From contig CAZIJV010000008.1 of NCBI GenBank assembly GCA_964539645.1, forward strand, positions 19,461 through 83,460: DNA of 64,000 nt, in the 5' to 3' direction. Positions 53,843 through 64,000 of this stretch are shown piece by piece (the first letter of the stretch is position 1; the number at the start of each line of letters is the position of its first letter). The notes under the pieces are model-generated. The model was not told the origin of the DNA. It searched no databases and was given only the letters and a program-made list of their open reading frames with translations. A program made the position numbers and the translations under genes. Source of the DNA: an uncultured Syntrophobacter sp. (GTDB taxonomy: Bacteria; Desulfobacterota; Syntrophobacteria; Syntrophobacterales; Syntrophobacteraceae).

Positions 53843-56800
53843 TCAGCGAGCAGGGTCTATTGTTTGGGAGTTGCAGTTGTGGTTGCATCTCCGACAGCCT
53901 TGCCCTTTTTCCCGCACTCTGCAGGCGTACTCGGCGTTCAGACTTACCACGTCGAATTCGCTCTCCACACGTCCGTGTATGAGGTATGCATGACTCATGT
54001 CGAGATCCTGGCAGAATCTCTTGAAAGGTTTCGGAAAAAAAACCGTTTCAAAAATGCCGCTCTTGTCCTCGAAAGTAAAAAACTCCATCTCCTCGCCCTC
54101 TTTTGTAAGCACTTCTTTTCGGGTAACCGGCCAGCCTTTGGCCCAGATTTTTTCGCCAATGTGAGCAGTAAAATCGGAAGATGGAATGATCCTTTGCCTG
54201 ATGGACCGGAAAAACGGCTCGGCCATGTCCATGGGGTGAACCGAGATGACAAACCCCAGGGTTTCTGCTTCATGCGCCCATTTTTGCCGGTCTGTGAAAT
54301 CGGGAAGGGGAGGGACCTTTATACCGGGAGAACGGAAAAGGAAAGCCGTTTGCGAGCCCTGGGTAAAAATCCCCCCTCTCCCTTCTCTGGAAAAGGGGGA
54401 AGAGTTAAAGGCGTTATGGGTCCTGTTCGGCATAGAAGTCTTATTGATCCTGTCGCTGTTTCGGTTGCGCCAGGCTTCTATGAACCAGAGAATCTGCGGC
54501 CGGTTCAAGCCGTTGGCGATGCAGTCGAGCGCCCCGCTTTTGGCAAGTATGGCTGCATCCGCCGGAGGTATAGCGATCCGTTCGAGCAGTTGTTCGACAG
54601 TTGAGTAGGGACCTCTTTCGCTACGGTCCGAGAGAATGGTCTCAATGGTGCTTTTCTTAATGCCCTGGAGCTGCTGGAACCCGATCCTGATATTTTTATT
54701 GAAACCGGTGTATGGCAGTCTGCTTCCGTTGATATCCGGCCCCAGGATGCGCAGGCCCATCCGCCTGGCCTCTGAAATATAGGCGAAAGTACTGTAGTAG
54801 CCTCCCCCGTTTGACAGGACCGCCGCCATGAATTCTGCCGGGTGATGCACCTTGAGGTATGCCGATTTGAAGCTTACCAGGGCATATGAGGCCGAATGGG
54901 GTTTACAGAAGGAATATCCTGAAAAAGAGGTGAACATTTCCCAGACGCTTTCCACCACTTCGGGCGCCACCCCGTTTTTTTCGCATCCTTGCGCAAATCG
55001 TGTCCGGTAGCTCGAGAGCTGTTCGCGGCTTTTCTTGCTGATCACTTTTCGGAGCCGGTCCGCCTCCCCCCAGGTAAAGCCTGCCAGGGCCATTGCCGCC
55101 TGGACCACATCCTCCTGGTAGACGAGTATTCCGAAGTTCTCGGCAAGAATATCTTTCAAACTCGGATGAAGCGGTTCGTAAGGTTCCCCGTGGAGCCGCC
55201 GAAGGTAAGTAAGAATGAATTTATTGGCTGCCGGGCGGATAATTGATGAATGGATGACCAGGTGTTGAAAATCGCCGCTCTTTGATTTTTCCTGGAGCAG
55301 CCTCATCGACGGGGACTCGACATAGAAGACCCCCATCGTTTTTCCCCTCCTGAGCAGATCTTGCGTGGGCGGATCATCGACCGGATTCAGATTGGGATAG
55401 TCGAGGCGCCTGCCCGTGTTTTCCCTGATCGACGCAAGCGTATCGCGGATGACCGCAAGTGAGCGGTTGCCCAGAAGATCGATTTTCACCAGCCCTCCCT
55501 TTTCTGTCTGGTCCTTTTCCCATTGGATTATTCGCATTCCTTTGGCGCTGATCTGAACCGGGACATAGCGGGATACCCGGTCCGGGACCAGGACCATTCC
55601 ACCACAGTGGGCGCCGATGTTTCGCGGCAGTGATTCAAGGCGCGACGCTATGTCGATTATTTCAGGCCAGGGAGGATCAAGCCGAAAATTGTGAAATTTG
55701 GGATAGGTCTCAATGTGATTCCATAGATTGCCCGGGTGCGCCCAAAAGTTCATCCGGCGGGTCACCTCCTTTATTTCGTCCGCCGGAATACCGTAGACTT
55801 TTGCTACTTCCCGCACTGAGCCTCTCGCCTGGAAACCGACATGGTTGCTGACTATAGCCAGTCGGTCGCTTCCATAGTGCCCTGCGATCTCCTCGAAAAG
55901 ATCGTCTCGCTCATCCCAGGGGAAATCGACATCGATATCCGGCAGATCCTTGCGCTCCGGGTTTAAAAAACGTCCGAAAAGAAGATTGTGCCGAATGGGA
56001 TCGACATGGGTAATACCCAGAAGATAGCTCACAAGGCTTGCGGCGCCGCTTCCACGCCCGCAGTGGATCGGGCGCCGCCGCACGATGTCGGCGACGACCA
56101 GGAAATAATCTACAAATCCTTTTGCCCGGATGAGATCGAGTTCCTCAAGAAGGCGGCTTTCTATCGCTTCGCTCGTATGGCCGTAACGCCAGAGAATCCC
56201 TTCGCGGCATGCGCAAAGAAGCACGGAAAAATGGTCTTCGTTTTTGTCCAGGTAATAAGGAAAAACGGTTTTAAAATGATTCCAGGCGGTATGGCAGTCC
56301 AGTGCGATTTTAACCGCATTGGCCAGTGCTTCCGGATAGTTGGGGAAACGAACGCCCATCTCTCCGGGAGATTTCAACCACTGGCCGGGGCTTGCCGTTT
56401 GTTCGGGGGAAAGGGTGCTCAGGGTTTTGTTCAGATCGATTGCACGCACAAGGCGATGCAAGGGATAATCTTCCCGGCGGGCAAACGTTACTGCGTTCGT
56501 GGCGACTGGAGAAGCTCCAATCTCTTTTGCGGCTCGCAAAAGGCGCCGGTCCGATGGACCCGGTACTATTTCGAGAAAACACTCCAACCGGTTTTGCAGG
56601 TTTTTTACCAGTTCCGGATCGGCGCTTAACACCAGGAGATCCGAACATCTCTCCGGAAGGTTTTCGAGGAGGGAAAAATCATCATCCAGGTGGCGCCGTG
56701 TAATGATCTCTGAGAGAATCTCGTAACCCCGGACCGTTTTTGCCAGGATGACAGATGCCTGGTTCCCCTCCTCGCCACAACCGAGCGAGGATTTGATTCC

Positions 56801-57040
56801 GCCCCCTTTTTTACAAGGAGGCAGGGGGGATTTTAACTCCGCTCCCACTATCGGTTCGATACCATTGGCGCGCGCCGCTTCGAGGAAATTTATGAGACCG
56901 TAAAACCCGTTCGTATCGGTCAGCGCAAGATGGGTATACCCCGCGATCTTGGCTTCCCTGCACAGAGTTTCCGGGGAACTGACCCCTTGCATCATCGAAT
57001 AGGAGGAATGGACGTGAAGGTGTACGAAATCGGGCTTCAT
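53843..57040 (-). CDS. dnaE2: error-prone DNA polymerase III alpha-like subunit DnaE2 (ImuC)
   Basis: 1065-aa ORF with the PHP motif FVHLHVHSSYSMMQG and a Pol IIIalpha core (GRGSGAASLVSYLLGITHVDP, DIDVDF, FEDKSG OB-fold end). The size and its position directly downstream of an imuB-like gene indicate DnaE2 rather than replicative DnaE. Confidence 0.88.
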   Translation of the reverse strand: MKPDFVHLHVHSSYSMMQGVSSPETLCREAKIAGYTHLALTDTNGFYGLINFLEAARANGIEPIVGAELKSPLPPCKKGGGIKSSLGCGEEGNQASVILAKTVRGYEILSEIITRRHLDDDFSLLENLPERCSDLLVLSADPELVKNLQNRLECFLEIVPGPSDRRLLRAAKEIGASPVATNAVTFARREDYPLHRLVRAIDLNKTLSTLSPEQTASPGQWLKSPGEMGVRFPNYPEALANAVKIALDCHTAWNHFKTVFPYYLDKNEDHFSVLLCACREGILWRYGHTSEAIESRLLEELDLIRAKGFVDYFLVVADIVRRRPIHCGRGSGAASLVSYLLGITHVDPIRHNLLFGRFLNPERKDLPDIDVDFPWDERDDLFEEIAGHYGSDRLAIVSNHVGFQARGSVREVAKVYGIPADEIKEVTRRMNFWAHPGNLWNHIETYPKFHNFRLDPPWPEIIDIASRLESLPRNIGAHCGGMVLVPDRVSRYVPVQISAKGMRIIQWEKDQTEKGGLVKIDLLGNRSLAVIRDTLASIRENTGRRLDYPNLNPVDDPPTQDLLRRGKTMGVFYVESPSMRLLQEKSKSGDFQHLVIHSSIIRPAANKFILTYLRRLHGEPYEPLHPSLKDILAENFGILVYQEDVVQAAMALAGFTWGEADRLRKVISKKSREQLSSYRTRFAQGCEKNGVAPEVVESVWEMFTSFSGYSFCKPHSASYALVSFKSAYLKVHHPAEFMAAVLSNGGGYYSTFAYISEARRMGLRILGPDINGSRLPYTGFNKNIRIGFQQLQGIKKSTIETILSDRSERGPYSTVEQLLERIAIPPADAAILAKSGALDCIANGLNRPQILWFIEAWRNRNSDRINKTSMPNRTHNAFNSSPFSREGRGGIFTQGSQTAFLFRSPGIKVPPLPDFTDRQKWAHEAETLGFVISVHPMDMAEPFFRSIRQRIIPSSDFTAHIGEKIWAKGWPVTRKEVLTKEGEEMEFFTFEDKSGIFETVFFPKPFKRFCQDLDMSHAYLIHGRVESEFDVVSLNAEYACRVREKGQGCRRCNHNCNSQTIDPAR
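54365..54405. repeat. palindromic C5/G5 element embedded in frame in dnaE2 (site A)
   Basis: AAAAATCCCCCCTCTCCCTTCTCTGGAAAAGGGGGAAGAG: TCCCCC (54370-54375) pairs with GGGGGA (54395-54400). On the coding strand it encodes SPFSREGRGGIF in a linker region. Confidence 0.55.
56789..56840. repeat. palindromic C5/G5 element embedded in frame in dnaE2 (site B)
   Basis: GGATTTGATTCCGCCCCCTTTTTTACAAGGAGGCAGGGGGGATTTTAACTCC: CCCCCT (56802-56807) pairs with AGGGGG (56823-56828). On the coding strand it encodes KSPLPPCKKGGGIKS inside the PHP domain. Its orientation is opposite to site A. Confidence 0.55.
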
Positions 57041-57112
57041 AAGGAATCTCGCCGAATGGTCAAAGTTTAAAGTCCATAGGCCTCATAAGTTCCACAAGAC
57101 CACGTGGCCTTT

Positions 57113-58297
57113 TCAATTCAATTTCTCGAGTCGCGCCGTTTTCCCCCAGGTTATGATCTTTTTACCGAATCTGTTCCTTATAGAATCCAGAATGCTTTGG
57201 AGGTTTTCCTCCTCGGGCGAAGAGTGTTTCTCCCATGGGAAAAGGGAAAGCTGTCGAAACGGTATCACAAGGTCGGAAAATTCAAGGATTATCCTGCGCA
57301 GTGCAATGCGCCTCTGGAAGAGTTGATGAAAAACGGGAAGAATCATTCGAAAAAGTAACCTGTCCGCATGTGCCGCCCCCGGCCAGATGCGCCTTCGGGC
57401 TTCGGCCGATACTCCATCGGCGTAGCGAATCTCAAGCCTGAAATTCCCGGGACAGCGGTTACTGCGCCTCAGATTCCAGCCCGCCTCTTCGATCTGCTGA
57501 AACAAAACAGCTTCCAGGCGTTCGGCGTCAATTTCATCCCGGTCCATAATTTTTGCAAGCAAAAGGCGTTGTGTTTGTTGAAGAGCAAGAACCGGCGCGG
57601 GATCGATTCCTTTTGCCATTCTGAGAAGACGGTCGGCGGTCCTGCCGAAAACTCCGGCCAGCATCTCCCGTGGGAAAGAGGCAAGCTGGCTGATCAACTG
57701 GATATTGAAACCATGCAGCCTGGATGTGGTCACCCGGCCGACGCCCGGAAGAAGATCGACCGGCAGGGGAGAAAGGAACGACTCTTCGCTGCCCGGGAAA
57801 ATAAAGCTCAAATCTCCGGGAGGGATGCAATTTGCGGCAACCTGGCTCACCAGCTTATTCGCGGCCAGTCCGATCCTGGCATGGAGTCCCCATTTGCCTG
57901 CCATCTCTTTTTCTATCCGGCAGGCAATATCCGGTTCTGGTCCCCATAGACGGCGGGTTCCGGTTATGTCTATGAAGCATCCCCCCGGATGGCTCCCTTC
58001 GACCAGTGGCGAGAATCGCCCGAAATCACCGATGATCTCCTGGTGCTTTTCCCGGTAATAATAATAGTCGGAAGGGATAACCTGAATCCGGCGGCACAGG
58101 CGGTGCGCCTGATTGAGCGACATTCCTTCGTCTATTCCCTCATTTCTGGCGATCCTGTTCACTCCCTGAATGACGGACCTCGCCCCCGGTTCCGCCAGGA
58201 CGAGCGGGCGTTTCTTCAATTCCGGGCGCCTCTGCTCTTCCAGCGCCGCATAGAAATCGGGAATTCCCAAATGAATGATATTTCGCATAACCGTCAT
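57113..58297 (-). CDS. imuB: ImuB-like Y-family DNA polymerase homologue lacking catalytic carboxylates
   Basis: 394-aa ORF with Y-family fold cues. Active Y-family polymerases carry D-x-D-x-F-Y and S-x-DE; this protein has HLGIPDFYAAL and CFIDITG instead. That loss of acidic residues is characteristic of ImuB. It lies 72 nt upstream of dnaE2. Confidence 0.82.
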   Translation of the reverse strand: MTVMRNIIHLGIPDFYAALEEQRRPELKKRPLVLAEPGARSVIQGVNRIARNEGIDEGMSLNQAHRLCRRIQVIPSDYYYYREKHQEIIGDFGRFSPLVEGSHPGGCFIDITGTRRLWGPEPDIACRIEKEMAGKWGLHARIGLAANKLVSQVAANCIPPGDLSFIFPGSEESFLSPLPVDLLPGVGRVTTSRLHGFNIQLISQLASFPREMLAGVFGRTADRLLRMAKGIDPAPVLALQQTQRLLLAKIMDRDEIDAERLEAVLFQQIEEAGWNLRRSNRCPGNFRLEIRYADGVSAEARRRIWPGAAHADRLLFRMILPVFHQLFQRRIALRRIILEFSDLVIPFRQLSLFPWEKHSSPEEENLQSILDSIRNRFGKKIITWGKTARLEKLN

Positions 58298-58661
58298 CCG
58301 TTTTTCTTTTCCAATTTAAGGTGAATATATGGTGAAAGTCAAGGTGGAAAACTGGAGTTCCTCAAAAGCCGAAGATGCGTGGTGGTGGGATGTTTGCACT
58401 TTGAGATCGACCGACTCCGGACTAAACTCTCTACTCAGGACGAATATGGAGCAGGGAAGCCGCTTTTCTCATTTTTTTGAAGACATGGATTGAAGAAAAA
58501 ATTCCTTCTGCCGATTAATACGTAAGGAAGCGGCAACCGCTGAGTTTCATTTTTAAAGTCTGGAGCTGCCTTCCTGATGATAAAGCGTAATCGAATGAGG
58601 GATTGGTTACCTGGAGCGAGGCCCGGGTGGCCTGCCGAGCTGAAATACCAAAAGGTTAATA

Positions 58662-59189
58662 ATGAAAGGAACTCTGATGAAGGAAAAAGGTGGCACGGCC
58701 AATCGGGTGGGAACTCAGGGCGCGGATAGAGAAGGCAAGTATCTCACTTTTTCGCTGGGCGACGAGGAATACGGAATCGGCATTTTGAAAGTCAAGGAAA
58801 TCATCGGGATGATGAAAATAACTCCGGTTCCTCAAACTCCTGATTTTGTCAAAGGAGTAATAAACCTCCGCGGCAAAGTGATCCCGGTAATCGATCTGCG
58901 GCTTCGGTTCGGAATGAATGAAAACGGCTATACCGAACGAACCTGTATCGTGGTGGTTGAGATCGACGGTGCGGGCGGAAAGCTGCACATTGGGGTTGTG
59001 GTCGATTCCGTCTCGGAGGTTCTCAATATCAAGGGGGCGGATATCGAAGATACGCCCAGCTTTGGCACGACCCTGGATACGGAATACATTCTGGGGATGG
59101 CAAAGACCGGTGGAGGGGTTAAGATCCTGCTCGAAATCGACCGGGTTTTGAGCAACAACGAACTGGGCCTTCTCGACCAGGTAGCCTGA
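58662..59189 (+). CDS. cheW: chemotaxis coupling protein CheW
   Basis: 175-aa ORF with YLTFSLGDEEYGIGILKVKEI, VKGVINLRGKVIPVIDLR and VVDSVSEVL. Confidence 0.92.
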   Translation: MKGTLMKEKGGTANRVGTQGADREGKYLTFSLGDEEYGIGILKVKEIIGMMKITPVPQTPDFVKGVINLRGKVIPVIDLRLRFGMNENGYTERTCIVVVEIDGAGGKLHIGVVVDSVSEVLNIKGADIEDTPSFGTTLDTEYILGMAKTGGGVKILLEIDRVLSNNELGLLDQVA

Positions 59190-59378
59190 AGCCGGGATTC
59201 GGGAAATCTGAGCGCCCTTTGAAGCAAAAGCCTGAGAGATTCGATTGCAGTAAGGTGAACTCGACGGCAGATGACGGGCGCGAGCTTTCCTGACGGCTCG
59301 TTGGATTGGACTTTCAAAGGAGTTCGACCCAAAACGGGTGAGTTTTGCCTGAAGATTGCCCCGTAAGGGAAAAAGGTA

Positions 59379-60209
59379 ATGGAAAAGAATTTGCCGGATC
59401 GCCTGTTTCAGCAGTTCAGCCATCTTGTCTATGAACAGTGCGGCATAAACTTGCACGATGGGAAAAAAGCGCTTCTCCAGGCGCGACTCAATAAGAGACT
59501 GAGACTGACTGGCATAGGCTCTTACGAAGAGTATTTCAAGTTCATCACGTCGTCGGACAACGGCGGTGAATTCATTCATTTCCTGGATTCCGTCTCGACA
59601 AATCTTACCTATTTTTTCCGGGAATCCCAGCATTTTGAATTTCTTGAGCAAGTGGCTCTGCCGGAATTGATTGAGAAGAAGCGAAAGAACCGGGAGTCCA
59701 GGATCCGCATCTGGAGCGCCGGCTGCTCGACCGGAGAAGAGCCTTACAGTCTGGCGATGTGCGTGCTTGCGCTTCTTCCCGACATGCCGAAATGGGATTT
59801 CAGGATCCTGGCCACCGATATATCGACACGGGCTCTTGAGGCTGCCGGCAATGGCATCTATTCCGATGAGAAGGTGCAGAAGATCCCGCCCGCTCTTCGA
59901 CAGTTCAATTTCAGGAAAATAAGCAACGCTAATGGCAAAGCTGAGTATGAAATCGCCCCACATCTCAAGCGTATCGTTACTTTTCACCGCTTGAACCTGA
60001 AAGACCATTACCCGTTCAAAGGCTCTTTTGACTTCATCTTCTGCAGAAACGTGATGATCTATTTCGACAAGAAGACTCAGGAGGAGCTCGTCAACAAAAT
60101 GGCGAGCTTTCTGAGCCCAGGAGGTTTTCTTTTTGTCGGTCATTCAGAGAGCCTTACTGGTTTGGCTCATAAATTGACCTATGTCCGGCCTGCAGTTTAC
60201 CGGAACTGA
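59379..60209 (+). CDS. cheR: chemotaxis protein methyltransferase CheR
   Basis: 276-aa ORF with TNLTYFFRE, IWSAGCSTGEEPYSLAM, FIFCRNVMIYFD and GGFLFVGHSE. Confidence 0.93.
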   Translation: MEKNLPDRLFQQFSHLVYEQCGINLHDGKKALLQARLNKRLRLTGIGSYEEYFKFITSSDNGGEFIHFLDSVSTNLTYFFRESQHFEFLEQVALPELIEKKRKNRESRIRIWSAGCSTGEEPYSLAMCVLALLPDMPKWDFRILATDISTRALEAAGNGIYSDEKVQKIPPALRQFNFRKISNANGKAEYEIAPHLKRIVTFHRLNLKDHYPFKGSFDFIFCRNVMIYFDKKTQEELVNKMASFLSPGGFLFVGHSESLTGLAHKLTYVRPAVYRN

Positions 60210-60278
60210 CCGGACCTTGTGTGAAACTGGTTATTGTGGATTAATTTTCCGGCATCCTTTCAGACAGAAAAAGCTCAG

Positions 60279-60758
60279 ATGAGAAGAGTAGTCGGTGTAG
60301 CAGATCTCGCAATCAGTAATTCGGCAGACGACGTGCTGATCACATACTCTTTGGGGTCCTGTATCGCGGTTATCATATACGATGCTTCAGCCAGAGTGGG
60401 GGGATTGCTCCATTACATGCTTCCCGAATCGTCACTCGACCCGGAGAAAGCTCGTATAAATCCCACTATGTTTGCTGATACAGGAATCATCCTTCTTTTT
60501 AAACAGAGCTATAAACTGGGCGCCAGGAAAGAAAACATCGTGTTGAAAGCCGTTGGGGGAGCGCAGATTCTTGATCAAAACGGTCTCTTCAATATAGGAA
60601 AACGAAACTATCTTGCTATGCGCAAGATACTCTGGAGAAACAATGTAGCAATCAGCGCTGAACATGTGGGGGGGGCTGTCAACCGAACGGTGCGCCTGGA
60701 GATGGCGACGGGGCGGGTATTTCTGAAGGTAGGCGGCGGCAGTGAAATTGAACTTTGA
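60279..60758 (+). CDS. cheD: chemoreceptor glutamine deamidase CheD
   Basis: ORF 60234..60758 trimmed to the ATG at 60279 (MRRVVGVADL). Motifs: TYSLGSCIAV, GGLLHYMLP, KAVGGAQI, NIGKRN. Confidence 0.88.
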   Translation: MRRVVGVADLAISNSADDVLITYSLGSCIAVIIYDASARVGGLLHYMLPESSLDPEKARINPTMFADTGIILLFKQSYKLGARKENIVLKAVGGAQILDQNGLFNIGKRNYLAMRKILWRNNVAISAEHVGGAVNRTVRLEMATGRVFLKVGGGSEIEL

Positions 60759-61170
60759 GGTTATTGATATCGCCAGGCGCATGAGGGCATCATGTCCTAC
60801 AACGTTCTGATCGTAGATGATTCAAGATCGATGCGGAAAGTCCTCCTGAAGACTCTCCAGTTGTCGGGCTTCAAGATCGGGGAGTGTCTCGAAGCTTCCA
60901 ATGGGCAGGAAGCCTTGGACTTGCTCGACGGCAAATGGGTAGACTTGATTCTATCGGATATCCACATGCCTGTGATGGACGGCTTTCAGTTCATTCGCGC
61001 TCTGAGAGAGCAGGAAATCTGTAAGGACACACCGATTGTTTTTGTCACGACCGAAGCAAGTGAAACCCGTCTCCGGGAACTCATGGATCTCGGGGCCAGC
61101 GGCTACATTCGCAAGCCGTTTATGCCGGAAGAAATAGGACTCTTGCTCTGTCGTATCATGGGGGAAACAG

Positions 61171-62734
<1,564 letters not shown>

Positions 62735-62814
62735 CACGTTTTGATGTGGATTATTGCAGCAGCCCGATATCGAGAAATTACCACCATCGGGTATCAACAA
62801 GGAGGTAGAGGTCG

Positions 62815-63195
62815 ATGGCATATAAGGACCTGACAGTACTGATAGTCGATGATTTCCTCACGATGCGCCGCATTGTGAGAAAGATCCTGAGAGATCTGGA
62901 TTTTGAAAACATAATCGAAGCGGAAGATGGGTCGGCGGCAGTGGATATTCTGAAAACCAACAAGGTGGATCTCATTGTCTCGGATTGGAACATGCCCAAG
63001 ATGACCGGCCTCGATCTGCTGAAGCATGTTCGAAGCGATGATAAGATCAAAGACCTGCCTTTCCTGATGATTACCGCCGAGGCTCAAAAGGAGAATATAG
63101 TCGAAGCGGTGAAGGCCAAGGTTAGCAACTACATTGTCAAACCATTCACGGCTGCAACGCTGGAAGAGAAACTGGGAAAAATTATCCCGCGATAG
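62815..63195 (+). CDS. cheY: chemotaxis response regulator CheY
   Basis: 126-aa ORF with VLIVDDFLTMRR, LIVSDWNMPKMTG, FLMITAEA and YIVKPF. Confidence 0.93.
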   Translation: MAYKDLTVLIVDDFLTMRRIVRKILRDLDFENIIEAEDGSAAVDILKTNKVDLIVSDWNMPKMTGLDLLKHVRSDDKIKDLPFLMITAEAQKENIVEAVKAKVSNYIVKPFTAATLEEKLGKIIPR

Positions 63196-63325
63196 AGCCG
63201 TGAGTGTGCTGCGTGCGCAACCCCGATTGCCTGTTATCATGACTGGAACCGTATGCAGGAGCGACTGTCTTGAACCGAAAGGTAATTATCAGGCAATTCA
63301 AACCATTAACCAGGCGGCCGACTAA

Positions 63326-64000
63326 ATGGAAAGAGTGTTAAATCAACTTGCCAATGGAGTAATTGAGGGTCCTGACGACCTCATAGGTATCGGCGAGTGC
63401 CTCAACCTCCTCGATGAATTGGAAAAGCAGTCCCTGCCGGAGTCTATGGCGGCGGCCATTGCGAATGTCAGGCTGCTCTTCAGGCGTTTGATCCTCGAAG
63501 AATCTCCCGATCCCAAAGCTGATTGGACTGCGGTACAGGGCCTGCTCGGACGCCTGAAGACGGGGGATCCTGGGGAAGATTTCCTCATAGAACCTGTAGG
63601 CTCGGAGAGTGAAGAGGCCGCAGACGCGAAAGAAGAGGATGATTTTTTTGCCTCCGTCGGCGCCATGCCCGAAGAGGCCGGCAGCGGTGCGGCAGATCCC
63701 GGGCTGAACCTCGATGATTTGCTGGGGCAGGAAAATGAGGCCGAGTCCATGGAAATGCAGGACCCGGAACTGCTCAAGGATTTCATCGAAGAATCCAAGG
63801 AACATCTGTCTTCAATCGAACTGAACATGCTCGCGCTCGAGACCGATCCCGGCGACAGCGAGGCGATAAATGCCGTATTCAGGCCCTTTCACAGCATTAA
63901 AGGTGTTGCCGGCTTTCTGAATTTATCGGAAATACACCACCTCAGTCATGAGGTAGAAAATCTGCTCGATGCGGCAAGGTCCGGCAAACTGGCGGTCACG
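63326..64000 (+). CDS. cheA: chemotaxis histidine kinase CheA (5' part, truncated by window end)
   Basis: Absent from the ORF track because the frame has no stop before the window ends. My translation from the ATG at 63326 stays open to base 64000. It reaches a typical HPt (P1) motif: LKDFIEESKEHL...AINAVFRPFHSIKGVAGFL. In-frame ATGs at 63749/63755 are alternative starts. Confidence 0.8.
   Translation, partial: MERVLNQLANGVIEGPDDLIGIGECLNLLDELEKQSLPESMAAAIANVRLLFRRLILEESPDPKADWTAVQGLLGRLKTGDPGEDFLIEPVGSESEEAADAKEEDDFFASVGAMPEEAGSGAADPGLNLDDLLGQENEAESMEMQDPELLKDFIEESKEHLSSIELNMLALETDPGDSEAINAVFRPFHSIKGVAGFLNLSEIHHLSHEVENLLDAARSGKLAVT

Noticed and set aside
58604-58621. Possible LexA box GGTTACCTGGAGCGAGGC upstream of imuB
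   Set aside because: It matches the GGTT-N2-C-N4-G core of the Geobacter-type box but fails the terminal ACC (it has GGC). It also lies about 300 bp from the imuB start, closer to cheW. Too weak to call.
58656-60143. 495-aa minus-strand ORF that could have been taken for the missing imuA or a large upstream gene
   Set aside because: It lies antisense to textbook cheW and cheR sequences and has no RecA-like or any other motif.

Overview
GC-rich, gene-dense chromosomal segment. Its gene content (qmoABC, several HdrA/MvhD paralogues, NfnAB, Fe-SOD) suggests an anaerobic sulfate-reducing or syntrophic Desulfobacterota (deltaproteobacterium), possibly Syntrophobacter-like; that taxonomic call is inference only. 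Left to right: (1) trpEGDCF without trpBA. (2) An 18.6-kb co-directional redox supercluster at 5.2-23.8 kb. It holds two paralogous hdrA-mvhD-FeS modules, one with a GltD/NfnB-like NAD(P)H module fused into HdrA. These bracket an AsrAB-like pair, a FdhA/NuoG-like protein that appears to have lost its Mo ligand, and nfnAB; an HdrD-like CCG protein closes the cluster. (3) A visibly AT-richer islet of three orphan genes: a RelE/HigB-like protein with an acidic tail, a zinc-ribbon protein and a 247-aa unknown. (4) sodB, a radical-SAM plus deacetylase-like pair, a THUMP RNA methyltransferase, an aldo/keto reductase and a CoA-binding protein. (5) rmuC flanked by REP/MITE-like hairpin repeats, then about 1.5 kb with no convincing gene. 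(6) qmoABC with no aprBA beside it. (7) Housekeeping genes: a beta-hydroxyacid dehydrogenase, a PC4-like protein, a MoaD/ThiS-like protein, minCDE, a HAD hydrolase and an acetyl-CoA hydrolase-GNAT fusion. (8) nadE-glnB-glnD-glnA with a good sigma-54 promoter and a recurring inverted repeat. (9) An imuB-dnaE2 mutasome cassette with two palindromic C5/G5 elements embedded in frame in dnaE2. (10) A chemotaxis operon, cheW-R-D-Y-X-B-Y-A, with cheA truncated by the window end. I found no rRNA, tRNA, CRISPR array, transposase or integrase. The strongest candidate for an undescribed system is the Hdr/MvhD/Nfn supercluster. All functional calls rest on motif recognition by eye; no database search was run.
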